A DNA stretch of 64,000 nt from Candidatus Hadarchaeum sp. (GCF_038871235.1 NZ_JAVZIN010000008.1:1-64000), one strand, 5' to 3'. Shown: positions 19,502-29,998, counted from the stretch's first letter. The notes: a model not told the origin generated them from the letters alone. Program-made: numbers and translations.

Positions 19502-19741
19502 ATGAAGGAGGAATACAAGAAGATCATGATCGAGTCCCTAACATCGGTACGGCCTTATATCGCATTTCTTGGGGAACTGAGAGATTTCATAGAAAAGGAA
19601 GCAAGCGAATGCGAGAGCATCGAGGCATTTATTGAAAAATTGAAAAAACAAAACGAAAAATCTGACATCATCCGGAGAACCGACGGGCAGATATTTTTGT
19701 CCGAGCTCAGGCGCAACTTGGCCAAGCTCCACTCCGATTGA
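19502..19741 (+). CDS. Small hypothetical protein
   Basis: SD GGTGA upstream; tight operon spacing. Confidence 0.6.
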   Translation: MKEEYKKIMIESLTSVRPYIAFLGELRDFIEKEASECESIEAFIEKLKKQNEKSDIIRRTDGQIFLSELRRNLAKLHSD

Positions 19742-19778
19742 TTTTAATTCTGACGACCCGATTTAATCTCAGATTTAA

Positions 19779-20747
19779 ATGGTAAACGAAAAGATCAAAA
19801 AAATAGCCCAGGACATAAAAACAATGCGTATACGTGGCGCGGGAAGAATTGCCCGTGCGGCCGCTAGAGCTCTGAAGATTGCCGCGATTGAGTCTCAAGT
19901 TAAAACGCCTGCTGAATTCTCCCATGAGATGGAAACGGTATCCAAAATTCTACTCGAAACCAGACCCACAGCAGTTTCTCTGCCCAATGCAATAAGATAC
20001 GTCTTGTTGGGATTAAAACAAGCACACGGCGCTGACCTTTGGACGATGAAGAAAACCATCTGCTCTCGCGCGGACGATTTCATCAAAAATTCGCTGGAGG
20101 CTGTGAAAAAAATCGGTGAAATCGGAGCCAATCGAATTTCAAGCGGTGATGTGCTCCTAACCCACTGCAACAGCGAGTGCGCGCTGTCGATAATAAAAAC
20201 CGCCTTCAAACAGGGAAAGAATATTGAGGTTATCACGACAGAATCGAGACCGGTCTGGCAGGGACGCCTCAGCGCCAAGGAGCTGCTCAAGGAAGGGATC
20301 CCGACGACGATGATAATAGACTCTGCTGTGCGCCATTTCATCCGGGATGTGGACAAGGTGATAGTTGGCGCTGATAGTATAGCGGCAAATGGGGCAGTCG
20401 TTAACAAGATCGGGACGTCAAGCATCGCGCTGGCAGCCCATGAGGCAAGGGTTTTATTCTTCGTTGCCGCCGAAACATACAAGTTTCATCCGGAAACCTT
20501 GGTCGGCCGATTGGTGGAGATAGAGGAGAGAGATCCAAACGAGATAATTAACCTGAAACGTTATCCGGGGCTAAAGGTAAGAAATCCTGCGTTCGACATA
20601 ACTCCTCCGGAATATGTGGACTTAATCGTTACCGAGCGCGGGATAATACCTCCTTATGCCGCCTATGCCATAATTCAGGAGATATTTGAATGGAAACCTG
20701 GTAACGGGCCTCGTCACACCGCAGACAAATTAAAACCGTCAATCTAG
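19779..20747 (+). CDS. Ribose-1,5-bisphosphate isomerase (eIF2B family)
   Basis: IRGAGRIA, TRPTAVSL, THCNS, ESRP, GADS, NKIGT, NPAFD. Confidence 0.9.
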   Translation: MVNEKIKKIAQDIKTMRIRGAGRIARAAARALKIAAIESQVKTPAEFSHEMETVSKILLETRPTAVSLPNAIRYVLLGLKQAHGADLWTMKKTICSRADDFIKNSLEAVKKIGEIGANRISSGDVLLTHCNSECALSIIKTAFKQGKNIEVITTESRPVWQGRLSAKELLKEGIPTTMIIDSAVRHFIRDVDKVIVGADSIAANGAVVNKIGTSSIALAAHEARVLFFVAAETYKFHPETLVGRLVEIEERDPNEIINLKRYPGLKVRNPAFDITPPEYVDLIVTERGIIPPYAAYAIIQEIFEWKPGNGPRHTADKLKPSI

Positions 20748-20817
20748 GGTCCACAAAATCTGATAAAAACTAACTGAAAAGCGCCGCCTGATGGACAACT
20801 CGAGAAATTATGTTCAA

Positions 20818-21078
20818 CTAGCTGATTTTATAGACCAAATCTCCTTCCCTAACCTTCTGCTGAACCTTAAGCCCTATCGATTCACCGGCCTTGGCGCTAC
20901 TCAAATTCTTGTGCTCAATTTGGATTGACTCCACGGTCTGTTGGAAGTTCGTGGTGGTGCCCTCAATAGAAATTTTGTCTCCCACATTCAACTCCCCGGT
21001 CAATTCAACAACAGCTACGCTGATCTTAGAATAATAGTGAACCACTTTCCCAACAAGTTTTTTCTCGCCAGCTTCCAT
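20818..21078 (-). CDS. Small beta-barrel protein (translation-factor domain II / U32 C-terminal-like)
   Basis: VGKVVHYYSKISVA..VGDKI..VESIQIE..KVREGDLVY; ATG 21078 with GGTGA-like SD. Confidence 0.75.
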   Translation of the reverse strand: MEAGEKKLVGKVVHYYSKISVAVVELTGELNVGDKISIEGTTTNFQQTVESIQIEHKNLSSAKAGESIGLKVQQKVREGDLVYKIS

Positions 21079-21210
21079 CACCCTCACCCTATTAAAGTTG
21101 AACCCCTTAATTAAATCCTTTTTCGGTGCCAGAGTGAACAAACTAAATTTGGAACGCTGATCTTTTAACAAAAATTTCGCAGGCAGATAAATGCGTCTAC
21201 TGTGGTTTTG

Positions 21211-21238
21211 ATAATATTTATATAGATAAAAATATTAC
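21211..21238. promoter_or_regulatory. Putative NikR operator overlapping the TATA box
   Basis: ATAATA-N16-TATTAC dyad (8/9 when extended); TTTATATA lies in the spacer; nikR is downstream. Confidence 0.7.
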
Positions 21239-21253
21239 TGCTAATGGATCAAC

Positions 21254-21886
21254 ATGCACATACCGGATGGTTTTCTAAGCTGGGAAGTCTGGGCGCCTCT
21301 GTGGGCATTGGCGGTCTTGATCATTACCTTCGCCGTATGGAAAACCAACAAAAAACTTAGTGACAAACACGTTCCTTTGCTGGGCGTTCTGGCGGCCTTC
21401 ATCTTTGCAGCCCAGATGTTAAACGTCCCGGTGGCCGGAGGTACAAGCGGACATTTGCTTGGAGGAGTTCTCGTCGCGGTCTTCGTCGGACCTCTGGCTG
21501 GTTCTATCGTGATGAGCTCGATTTTTGCTGTGCAAGCAATTTTTTTTCAAGATGGTGGGATAACAGCGTTGGGGGCAAACATCATCAACATGGGATTAAT
21601 CGGGACAATTATTGGATTCTACATCTATCTTGCTTTTACAAAAATATCAAAAACAAAAGGCGTGATTATCGGAGCTGCCGTAGCCTCTTGGATCTCGGTG
21701 GTTCTGGCATCCGCCGCCTGCGCCCTTGAACTGGCAGCTTCCGGGACCTCGCCACTTTGGATAGCCCTTCCTGCCATGGTAGGCATTCATTCCATTATCG
21801 GTGTTATTGAAGCAGCCATGACAGTGACAGTAATCGGATTTGTCATGAAGACAAGGAGCGACTTGCTCAATCTGCCGAAAATATAG
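21254..21886 (+). CDS. cbiM: Ni/Co ECF transporter S component CbiM/NikM
   Basis: MHIPDGFL, GTSGHLLGG, DGGITALGAN. Confidence 0.93.
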   Translation: MHIPDGFLSWEVWAPLWALAVLIITFAVWKTNKKLSDKHVPLLGVLAAFIFAAQMLNVPVAGGTSGHLLGGVLVAVFVGPLAGSIVMSSIFAVQAIFFQDGGITALGANIINMGLIGTIIGFYIYLAFTKISKTKGVIIGAAVASWISVVLASAACALELAASGTSPLWIALPAMVGIHSIIGVIEAAMTVTVIGFVMKTRSDLLNLPKI

Positions 21887-21894
21887 GTGAAAGA

Positions 21895-22179
21895 ATGAAG
21901 GGAAAAAATTGGTGGGTAGCTGGCGTGATAATCGCCTTGTTTATGGCTTCGGTGCTATCACTCTTTGCCTCCACGGAACCCGATGGTCTTGAGAGAGTAG
22001 CTGAAGATCACGGCTTTGCTGAAAAGGCTGAAGGACAAGAAGTTATCCGAGCCCCGATACCGGACTACGTCATCCCAGGAATTGGGGACGAAAAAGTCGC
22101 CGCATCACTTGCGGGCTTAATCGGAGTCCTAATTATTCTTGGTATTACTTTCAGCTGGGCAAAGTTACTAAAAAGATAA
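21895..22179 (+). CDS. PDGLE-domain ECF accessory protein (NikN-like)
   Basis: ASTEPDGLERVA, PIPDY. Confidence 0.9.
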   Translation: MKGKNWWVAGVIIALFMASVLSLFASTEPDGLERVAEDHGFAEKAEGQEVIRAPIPDYVIPGIGDEKVAASLAGLIGVLIILGITFSWAKLLKR

Positions 22180-22190
22180 AAAGGATAAAA

Positions 22191-22946
22191 ATGAAACACA
22201 GCTTTCTTGACCAATACAGCAACCTGAAAAGCCCGATTCACAAACTCGACCCGCGGGTAAAGATAATCGCATTTTTTTCTCTTCTCTTAGTTGTGGTTTT
22301 TACCCCAATAACACTGGGGCAAAAATTCGTCCTTTACGGGGCGGTTTTGTTATCGCTCATCCTGATCTCTAAAGTACCTATCAAATTCGTGTTAAAGAGA
22401 TCTTCAATAATAATTCCGTTCGTCAGCTTAGTCGTGATTGGACTGCCCTTTCTGGGAAACGGCGGCGGTTCGCTGAGTCTTGGTGTCTTAACTTTAACCC
22501 GATCGGCGGCCTTGATTTTTTTAAACGTGTTGGTGAAATCCTGGCTCTGCGTGCTGGCCATGATAGCGCTTACCTCCACAACACCATTTTCAAAGCTTCT
22601 AAACGGTTTTCAGAAGTTAAAAATTCCGGCTGTTTTTGTGATGATTCTTTCTTTCATGTATCGATTTGTCTTTATCATGGAAGATGAACTTGATAGGATG
22701 ATCAGAGCGCGAGACGCCAGAACCTTCAGTCCGTCTTGGCTCCAATCAGTAAAAACTGCTGGAAATATGATTGGAACTCTTTTCTTGAGGAGCTATGAAA
22801 GGGGAGAGCGTGTCTATGCGGCTATGTGTTCGCGGGGCTATGACGGGAAAATAAAACTAACTAAAGAACTCAAGCTGAGCGGTTACGACATTTCTTTTAT
22901 TTGCGTCTTTTTATCGCTGACGATTTTCATAGCGGTGGTCTTATGA
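22191..22946 (+). CDS. cbiQ: ECF T component CbiQ
   Basis: LDPRVK, RARDAR, RSYERGERVYAAMCSRG. Confidence 0.92.
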   Translation: MKHSFLDQYSNLKSPIHKLDPRVKIIAFFSLLLVVVFTPITLGQKFVLYGAVLLSLILISKVPIKFVLKRSSIIIPFVSLVVIGLPFLGNGGGSLSLGVLTLTRSAALIFLNVLVKSWLCVLAMIALTSTTPFSKLLNGFQKLKIPAVFVMILSFMYRFVFIMEDELDRMIRARDARTFSPSWLQSVKTAGNMIGTLFLRSYERGERVYAAMCSRGYDGKIKLTKELKLSGYDISFICVFLSLTIFIAVVL

Positions 22947-23662
22947 TGGCGGTGGAAGTAAAGAACCTGCAATACAAATATCCTGACGGTACCGTTGCCC
23001 TCCGCGGTGTTAACTTCTGGGTAAAAAAAGGTGAGAAGGTCTATCTACTCGGCCCAAATGGTTCGGGAAAGTCCACGTTGCTCTTACACTTCAATGGAAT
23101 TCTAAAGCCTCAGAGAGGAAAGGTGATGATCCTCGGCAAGGAAATCAGCAAATGGGGTGAAGAGGTAAAGAGGATAGTTGGGTTAGTGTTTCAGAACCCT
23201 GATGATCAGCTCTTTATGCCGACGGTTTATGAAGACGTGGCTTTCGGTCCGGTTAACTTGAAGCTTGATGAGTCTGAAGTCAAAAAAAGGGTGGAAAATG
23301 CGCTGAAAACGGTGGGGATGAAAGGATGTGAGGAAAGAAGTCCCCACCACCTCAGCTATGGTGAGAAGAAGAGAATCGCAATAGCCACCGTGCTGGCCAT
23401 GGATCCCGAAATATTGGTGCTTGACGAACCGACTCTTTCCTTCGACCCTTGGATAAAAATGAGCTTCATCAAGTTGTTGAAGGAGTTGGGGAAGAACAGG
23501 ACAATTATAATTTCCGGTCATGACTTCGAGGTAATGGAGCTCTGCAACCGTGTTTACCTTATGAAAAACGGCAGAATAGCTGGTGAGGTTAAAAACAAAA
23601 GAAATCTTCAAGTGTTATTAAATCCAAGAAGAACGGCAAAAATCCTTGAAAAGGGACGATAA
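22943..23662 (+). CDS. cbiO: ECF ATPase CbiO
   Basis: GPNGSGKST, FQNPDDQ, LSYGEKKR, LDEPT. Confidence 0.92.
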   Translation: MMAVEVKNLQYKYPDGTVALRGVNFWVKKGEKVYLLGPNGSGKSTLLLHFNGILKPQRGKVMILGKEISKWGEEVKRIVGLVFQNPDDQLFMPTVYEDVAFGPVNLKLDESEVKKRVENALKTVGMKGCEERSPHHLSYGEKKRIAIATVLAMDPEILVLDEPTLSFDPWIKMSFIKLLKELGKNRTIIISGHDFEVMELCNRVYLMKNGRIAGEVKNKRNLQVLLNPRRTAKILEKGR

Positions 23663-23822
23663 TTTTAATGGTGATCTTTTTGCCAAAGCTATCGATTTCA
23701 AACGGGAAGCTCTGTTATAAATATACGGGGCCAAAAACTGCTTTGCGCCTCGGAATGGCAACTATTTCTGCTAAAATCAGTTAACGTTAATTCGTCAATG
23801 GATAAAAATTAAGTGGGATTAA

Positions 23823-24233
23823 ATGTCAGAAAAGATAACTCGCGTAAGCCTAACCTTGCCGGAGAAGTTGCTCGATGAACTTGATGAATCCCTTAAAGCC
23901 CGCGGCTACGCGAGCCGATCCGAAGCCGTCAGGGATTCGCTTCGGGATTTCCTTTCTGAATATAAATATCGAAAGAATCTGAAGGGCTACATTACTGGCG
24001 TCTTAGTTTTGGTCTACGAGCATGATGTCAGGGGGTTGACCGATGCCATAATTGACATCCAGCACTCCGCTGGTGAAATAATAACTACCGTTCAGCACAT
24101 TCACCTAGATCATAAGAACTGCTTGGAAACTTCTGTCGTCAGGGGGCCTGCTAAAAAAATTGAAAAACTCGTGGAGCGCTTGGAGGGACTAAGGGGTGTC
24201 AAACAAGCAAAATTGATGATAGTAAAAAAATAA
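23823..24233 (+). CDS. nikR: Nickel-responsive regulator NikR
   Basis: RHH RVSLTLP..GYASRSEAVRD; QH..HIHLDHKNCLE. Confidence 0.95.
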   Translation: MSEKITRVSLTLPEKLLDELDESLKARGYASRSEAVRDSLRDFLSEYKYRKNLKGYITGVLVLVYEHDVRGLTDAIIDIQHSAGEIITTVQHIHLDHKNCLETSVVRGPAKKIEKLVERLEGLRGVKQAKLMIVKK

Positions 24234-24235
24234 AG

Positions 24236-24838
24236 ATGAACACTATGAAACTCACCGAACTATTGCTGAGGCTGAACCGACTAAAAAACATCCCACGCAC
24301 AGGTTGGCTCTTCTGCGACATTTCCACCATGGATGTCGAGGATGTGGCTCAACACTCATTTGAGGTGGTCAGCATCACTATGTTCCTTGCCGACGAACTG
24401 ATGAAGGAAGGTAAAAAAGTTAACCGCGAAAGAGCTATCAGCATGGCTATACTGCACGATTGGGCTGAATCCGAGGTGGCCGATTTTCCTTATACGGCAA
24501 AGAAATACCTGAAACCAGCTAGGGCTAAAGAGCGAATGGAACACGACGCCTTAGTGGATTTGTTAAAGGATTTGCCGGAAAAGGAAGGGTACTTGAAACT
24601 ATGGGAGGAGTATAGGGAAGAAAAAACTGCAGAATCGAAGTTAGTTCACGCGGCCGATCTTCTCTCCATCATGGTGCAGGGAATCAAGTATCGAGAAAGA
24701 GGTATAAAATCAAGGGGACTGAACGAACTCTGGCGGGCTGTGAAGGAGGATCTGAAACCCTATGCTGAAGAGTTCAAAATCGTTGGTGAACTAATCAAAG
24801 AACTGAACTCGTCTTTTACTTCACCGTCAAGTTTTTAA
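24236..24838 (+). CDS. HD-domain 5'-deoxynucleotidase-like hydrolase
   Basis: LKNIPRTGW, EDVAQHS, LHDWAE. Confidence 0.88.
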   Translation: MNTMKLTELLLRLNRLKNIPRTGWLFCDISTMDVEDVAQHSFEVVSITMFLADELMKEGKKVNRERAISMAILHDWAESEVADFPYTAKKYLKPARAKERMEHDALVDLLKDLPEKEGYLKLWEEYREEKTAESKLVHAADLLSIMVQGIKYRERGIKSRGLNELWRAVKEDLKPYAEEFKIVGELIKELNSSFTSPSSF

Positions 24839-24867
24839 AAGACCAATGGTATATAATTGAAGATACT

Positions 24868-26859
24868 ATGAAAGGCATCAAATGGGTAGTCGAGGATCCT
24901 GTAGAAAAAGAAGTTTGGTGGCCATCGGAGGAACTCAAGCGAAGGGCTTGGGTTAGCGATCCGTCAATATACGAAGAAGCTGATAAGGACCCGGTTGCTT
25001 TTTGGGAAGCCAGAGCGCGGGAGGGTCTGGAGTGGTTCAAGCTGTGGGACAAAGCTTACGAGGAAGACTTGCCTTACTACAAGTGGTTCATCGGCGGCAA
25101 AATTAACGCCTCCTATAATGCCGTTGACCGGCACGTAAAGGCGGGCAAGGGCAACAAACCCGCGATAATCTGGGTCCCTGAACCTCCTGAGGAGCCAGAT
25201 AGAATAATCACCTATCAACAGCTAAAAGATGCGGTCTGCCGCTTTGCCAATGTGCTGAAAAAGCTCGGTGTTAAGAAAGGTGACCGAGTAGGGATATATC
25301 TTCCTCTAATTCCTGAGGTCCATATCGCCATTTTGGCCTGTACCAGAATCGGCGCTGTTCACAGCGTCGTCTTCTCTGCCTTCAGTGGTGATGCATTAAG
25401 AGTCAGGCTCGAAGACGCTGAGGCCAAGGTATTGATAACGGCAGACGGTTACTACCGCAGGGGAAAAATTGTCAACTTGAAAGCTAATGCAGATGAAGGA
25501 ATCCAAGGCACCAAAGTTGAAAAAGTCGTTGTGGTCAAAAGAGCGGGAAATGAAGTAAACATGGTAAAGGGGAGGGACTTTTGGTGGCATGAGCTGGTGA
25601 AGGAAGCTGATACCCACTGTGATCCAGAACCCATGGACAGCGAAAGCATGATGTTCCTGCTCTATACCTCCGGCACCACGGGAAGACCAAAAGGTGTAAT
25701 TCACACGACTGGAGGATACCTGACCCAAGCCTACTGGACCACGCGCTGGGTATTTGACATCCATGATGACGACATATACTGGTGTACCTCAGACATAGGC
25801 TGGATAACGGGACACACCTATCTGTGCTATGGACCGCTGCTCAACTGTGCCACACTCATATTGTATGAAGGGTCACCCGACTACCCGGCAATAGATCGCT
25901 GGTGGCAGATTATAGAAAAATATAAAGTAACGATATTTTATACCGCCCCCACCGCCATCCGCATGTTTGTGAGGGCCGGTGATGAATGGCCCAAAAAACA
26001 CGATCTCAGCAGCCTTCGCCTTTTGGGGACGGTGGGTGAACCGATTGACCGCGAGGCTTGGCTGTGGTACTTTAACAACATTGGCGGCGGGCGTTGTCCA
26101 ATTACTGACACGTGGTGGCAGACTGAGACTGGAGGAACATTGATGATGAGTCTGCCAGGGATCGGGCCGTTCATCCCAACTGTTTCTGGAAGACCATTCC
26201 CGGGAACTAGGAACGCAATTGTCGACGAAGAGGGCAACCCATCACCGCAAGGTGGTTACTTGGTGCTGGTTCCACCGATGCCACCGGGAATGCTGCGGGG
26301 CCTTTACAAGGCCGACGACAAATACCGCGAAACCTACTGGAGCCGATATCCAAAGAGGTACTACTTTACTGGAGACGGCGCAAGGGATGTGATCAACGAA
26401 CATGCCCCCCACATTAAGGAAAAGGGAAAAATTAAACACTTCATCCGCGTCACTGGCAGAGTCGACGATGTCATGAAAGTGGCCGGGCACAGACTATCCA
26501 CGGCTGAGCTAGAGGATGCGTTTAACCGACACCCGGCTGTGACCGAAACCGCAGTTGTTCCACAACCCGACCCCATGAAAGGAGAAGTTCCTGTCGCCTA
26601 CGTGGTATTGAAAAGCGGGTACCGGGGTTCGGAAGAGTTGAGCAAAGAGCTAGTGGAACACATAAGCAAGACGGTGGGACCAATAGCCAAGCCCAAGCAA
26701 ATATTCTTCGTTGACGAGCTGCCCAAGACCAGAAGTGGAAAGATAATGCGTCGCATCCTTAAAGCCCTGATCACTAGGGATAAAATAGGAGATACCTCCA
26801 CATTGGTTAACCCTGATGTCGTTGAAAACCTGAAAAGAATAGTCGGTTACTCGGCTTAA
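24868..26859 (+). CDS. acs: Acetyl-CoA synthetase (AMP-forming)
   Basis: YTSGTTGRPKG, DTWWQTETG, GRVDD, LPKTRSGKIMRR. Confidence 0.95.
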   Translation: MKGIKWVVEDPVEKEVWWPSEELKRRAWVSDPSIYEEADKDPVAFWEARAREGLEWFKLWDKAYEEDLPYYKWFIGGKINASYNAVDRHVKAGKGNKPAIIWVPEPPEEPDRIITYQQLKDAVCRFANVLKKLGVKKGDRVGIYLPLIPEVHIAILACTRIGAVHSVVFSAFSGDALRVRLEDAEAKVLITADGYYRRGKIVNLKANADEGIQGTKVEKVVVVKRAGNEVNMVKGRDFWWHELVKEADTHCDPEPMDSESMMFLLYTSGTTGRPKGVIHTTGGYLTQAYWTTRWVFDIHDDDIYWCTSDIGWITGHTYLCYGPLLNCATLILYEGSPDYPAIDRWWQIIEKYKVTIFYTAPTAIRMFVRAGDEWPKKHDLSSLRLLGTVGEPIDREAWLWYFNNIGGGRCPITDTWWQTETGGTLMMSLPGIGPFIPTVSGRPFPGTRNAIVDEEGNPSPQGGYLVLVPPMPPGMLRGLYKADDKYRETYWSRYPKRYYFTGDGARDVINEHAPHIKEKGKIKHFIRVTGRVDDVMKVAGHRLSTAELEDAFNRHPAVTETAVVPQPDPMKGEVPVAYVVLKSGYRGSEELSKELVEHISKTVGPIAKPKQIFFVDELPKTRSGKIMRRILKALITRDKIGDTSTLVNPDVVENLKRIVGYSA

Positions 26860-26903
26860 ACTAAAAATTGAGCTGCTATTGATGCCTTTTCAGTCTTTGA
26901 AAA

Positions 26904-27581
26904 TCAAGAGTAACTGATAGCAATAGATCTGATGATATCACTAACATCCTCACAAAGATCAGCGATACTTTCCATATTTTCTGTAATTTCTTTCATAAGC
27001 AGCGACTGGCCTATATCCTTTACCTTCTTGTACCATTTCAAAAGACTCGGAGTCAGCTCTTCGGCGCGTAGATCGTCTATCTTCTCCTCCAATTTTTCAA
27101 CTTCATGTGAAAGGGCCACGGCTGCCTTTGGGTCTCTCTCCAGAGAAATAAAGGTTTCATGAGTTCTGATAGCTGTCTCCAAAACTGCCGTGGAATAAGT
27201 CTTCATCGTTTTTTTAAGATCGCTGGGGAGTCTCTTAGCGTCGACGTATTTCAGCTTTCTGGCGGCCGCCTTGGCATTGGCAGCGACCTCGTCTGCCGTC
27301 ATCGTCAATCTGATTATCTCGTCCCTGTTTATCGGATGAAAGATGCCCTTCGAGAGCTCCTCCAAGATATTTCTCTTGATAACATCAGCGTCTCGCTCGC
27401 TCTTAAAAGCCTCTTGAAAACCCTCTTCCATTTTTTTGGCGTCCAGATCGCAAAAAGCTTGAACCGCTTTGTTCATGCCGGCAACTGTCTTGACGATCCT
27501 TTTTATGTGTTCGTCGCAGATATCAAGGATTTTTCTTTCCCTTGATTCTCCCATCCATGTTAGCGGTCCTTTGGCCATCAT
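26904..27581 (-). CDS. DUF47/PhoU-like phosphate transport regulator
   Basis: ERDAD and EEKID repeats; ADLCED; coupled to PiT. Confidence 0.88.
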   Translation of the reverse strand: MMAKGPLTWMGESRERKILDICDEHIKRIVKTVAGMNKAVQAFCDLDAKKMEEGFQEAFKSERDADVIKRNILEELSKGIFHPINRDEIIRLTMTADEVAANAKAAARKLKYVDAKRLPSDLKKTMKTYSTAVLETAIRTHETFISLERDPKAAVALSHEVEKLEEKIDDLRAEELTPSLLKWYKKVKDIGQSLLMKEITENMESIADLCEDVSDIIRSIAISYS

Positions 27582-28786
27582 ATCCCTGCCATTTTACTAA
27601 TTAACCAAAACAAAGACATACTAATTAAGATTACCGCAGGTATGGTCAAAATCCAAAAGGCTATGATTTTGCCGGTGACGCCTTTGCTCACCCCCATCAA
27701 TCCCTTCGTGGCCAGACCAACGCCAATCAGAGAACCAACCGAGGCATGGGTGGTGGATATCGGTAGGCCGAAACCGATAAGCAGTGAAGGTAACACCGTG
27801 AAGAGAAAAACCACGATTGCGTTTGCGTACTCCGCGGCGGCACCGCTCAGTATGTCCAATCTGGTTACTTTGTAGGCAGTGACCTCCAGAACCTTGTATC
27901 CCCACGTAAAGGCTCCGAGCGCTATTCCCGCCGAGCCCAGAAGCGAAAGCAAAAACATCGTGGTGAAAGTCGGATTGCCGGTTATCTTCTGTGTTGGCGT
28001 CACAAAAACACCGGTGGCGTTTGCCATGTCGTTGGCACCGAAGGAAAAAGCGGAAAAACAAAGGCCGATTATCAAAAGGGCATAAAGGAAATTGGATGCC
28101 CCAAACCCGCCGCATTTGGCCCTGAGAACGTAAACCAAAACAGGGGATAAAACGGCCGCGACGGGAAACGTCATTAAAATAACATCAAACGACCTCAGCC
28201 CGAGTGTCTGGTAAAAAATCATTAGCAACGCAGAAAAAGAGAGAATAAATACCAAAATTGAAATCGTAACTAGATTTGTCTTTTCCGTCCTCTCCTGTTG
28301 GAAATACCTTTTCAGAAAGAAATACAACCCGGCCGCAAAGAGTATCGCCAAAATTGGTGAGGCGATTAAACTTGCGATGACTACATAGAGGTTCCCCAAC
28401 CTCAGCGGGGTTGAGGTCGCTAGGCCAAAACCGATTACGCCGCCGATTATCGAATGGGTCGTCGAAACCGGCATGCCTTTGTAGGTGCAGAAGGTTATCC
28501 ACAACCCGGCTGAAAGGCAGGCTGAAAAGCTCCCCAGCGCCAAAACCTCGACACTCAGACTTTCTCTGTCGACTAAACCTCGGTCGACGGTCTTCATCAC
28601 CATCGGCCCCAACAGAATACCGCCCAAAGCCGCAAAAATAGCGAATAAGATTATGGCTTTTCTCATGCTTAGGGCTCCGGCACCTACCGCACAATCGGTG
28701 GGGTTAGCGGCGTCGTTGGCTCCCAAACACCAAGCAATGTAGAAAGACAAAGCCAGCCCAACACCGTAAACCACCAGCTCTATCAT
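27578..28786 (-). CDS. Inorganic phosphate transporter, PiT family
   Basis: GANDAAN / GANDMAN and PVSTTH / PISTTH. Confidence 0.93.
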   Translation of the reverse strand: MIELVVYGVGLALSFYIAWCLGANDAANPTDCAVGAGALSMRKAIILFAIFAALGGILLGPMVMKTVDRGLVDRESLSVEVLALGSFSACLSAGLWITFCTYKGMPVSTTHSIIGGVIGFGLATSTPLRLGNLYVVIASLIASPILAILFAAGLYFFLKRYFQQERTEKTNLVTISILVFILSFSALLMIFYQTLGLRSFDVILMTFPVAAVLSPVLVYVLRAKCGGFGASNFLYALLIIGLCFSAFSFGANDMANATGVFVTPTQKITGNPTFTTMFLLSLLGSAGIALGAFTWGYKVLEVTAYKVTRLDILSGAAAEYANAIVVFLFTVLPSLLIGFGLPISTTHASVGSLIGVGLATKGLMGVSKGVTGKIIAFWILTIPAVILISMSLFWLISKMAGI

Positions 28787-28848
28787 CTGAACACCTTCAG
28801 CCCAAAGGTTTTTTAGAATCTAATATAAAAAACACCAGCCACAACACC

Positions 28849-29274
28849 TCAACTTTTCTCCACAGTGGGCTTTTTTCGTCTCTGCCCAGACCTTTCCAGA
28901 AGGTGGCCATACCCGCGAGCAGAGACGATTTTCCTTATTTCCTCGTCAGCGGACTCTGGTAAAGGTGGCGGCGTGGTTCTTCCAGCCAACCTGTTGCCCA
29001 AAGCCCCAATAATTCTACCTGCGACCAGAGAAAATAACATGACCAAAATTGCGAAGTAAATAGGTTCCAGATTGAAAAACATGGAAGCTCCGATGCCCAA
29101 ACTAACTATAACAAGACCGAGCCCGTAAGCGAGCAAAAAAATCGTTCCTCTCCGACGACGCAGGAAGAGTAAAATTTTGCCTCCAAAACCGAAACACATG
29201 GCCTCCAAACCAAAAGCCAAAGAACCAATCAAGAAGATGAGGTAAATGGTTTCAATGACGCTCAAGCTATCCAC
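28849..29274 (-). CDS. Hypothetical membrane protein
   Basis: About 3 TM segments and a basic tail. Confidence 0.6.
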   Translation of the reverse strand: MDSLSVIETIYLIFLIGSLAFGLEAMCFGFGGKILLFLRRRRGTIFLLAYGLGLVIVSLGIGASMFFNLEPIYFAILVMLFSLVAGRIIGALGNRLAGRTTPPPLPESADEEIRKIVSARGYGHLLERSGQRRKKPTVEKS

Positions 29275-29320
29275 AGTCCGATTTAATCATGCTGAGAATT
29301 TAAAGACTAAGCGGCGGCGC

Positions 29321-29998
29321 ATGACTGCAATCCTGAACAAATTAGGCGAGGTATTCAATCATTGGCGCATCTCTAGAGAAGATCCCTTTCTGTTGCTCGT
29401 CAGAACGGTGCTATCCCAGAACACAAACGATCGCAACAGCTTCGCCGCCTTCAGCAACCTAACCTCGAGATTTAAAACCCCGGAACAGCTGGCAAACGCT
29501 ACGGTTAATGAAATCAAGGAGCTGATAAAAGTCGGTGGGCTTTATCAAGAGAAAGCTAAAAGGTTGAAAGAAATTTCAAGACTGGTGCTGGAGAAATACC
29601 GAGGTAACCTAAAACCAGTTCTCGAAAAACCTATCCAAGAAGCTAGGGAGGAGCTACTCTCAATGCCAGGCGTGGGGCGCAAAACTGCTGACATCATGCT
29701 GGCTTTTTGGTCAGGACACGATATCATCCCAGTCGACACCCATGTCTTCAGAGTTTCAAAAAGATTGGGCTTTGCTAAAAACAAAGACAATTACGATGAA
29801 GTGAAAGCTAAACTTGAGCTGGCAACTCCGCCGGGTAGAAGAATCGAGGCCCATATACTACTGATTCAGCTGGGGAGAAATTACTGCCGCTCGAGAAACC
29901 CGTTGCATAACCAGTGCCCCATCAACCGGCTCTGTCCAGTTGGAACTCGCTATGTAGAGCCCTCACGGCCTTCACGGCGTCGCGCTCATCCACAGTGA
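29321..29998 (+). CDS. nth: Endonuclease III (HhH-GPD glycosylase)
   Basis: LSQNT, MPGVGRKTA, PVDTHVFRV; Fe-S motif C-x6-H-x2-C-x5-C; start uncertain. Confidence 0.9.
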   Translation: MTAILNKLGEVFNHWRISREDPFLLLVRTVLSQNTNDRNSFAAFSNLTSRFKTPEQLANATVNEIKELIKVGGLYQEKAKRLKEISRLVLEKYRGNLKPVLEKPIQEAREELLSMPGVGRKTADIMLAFWSGHDIIPVDTHVFRVSKRLGFAKNKDNYDEVKAKLELATPPGRRIEAHILLIQLGRNYCRSRNPLHNQCPINRLCPVGTRYVEPSRPSRRRAHPQ

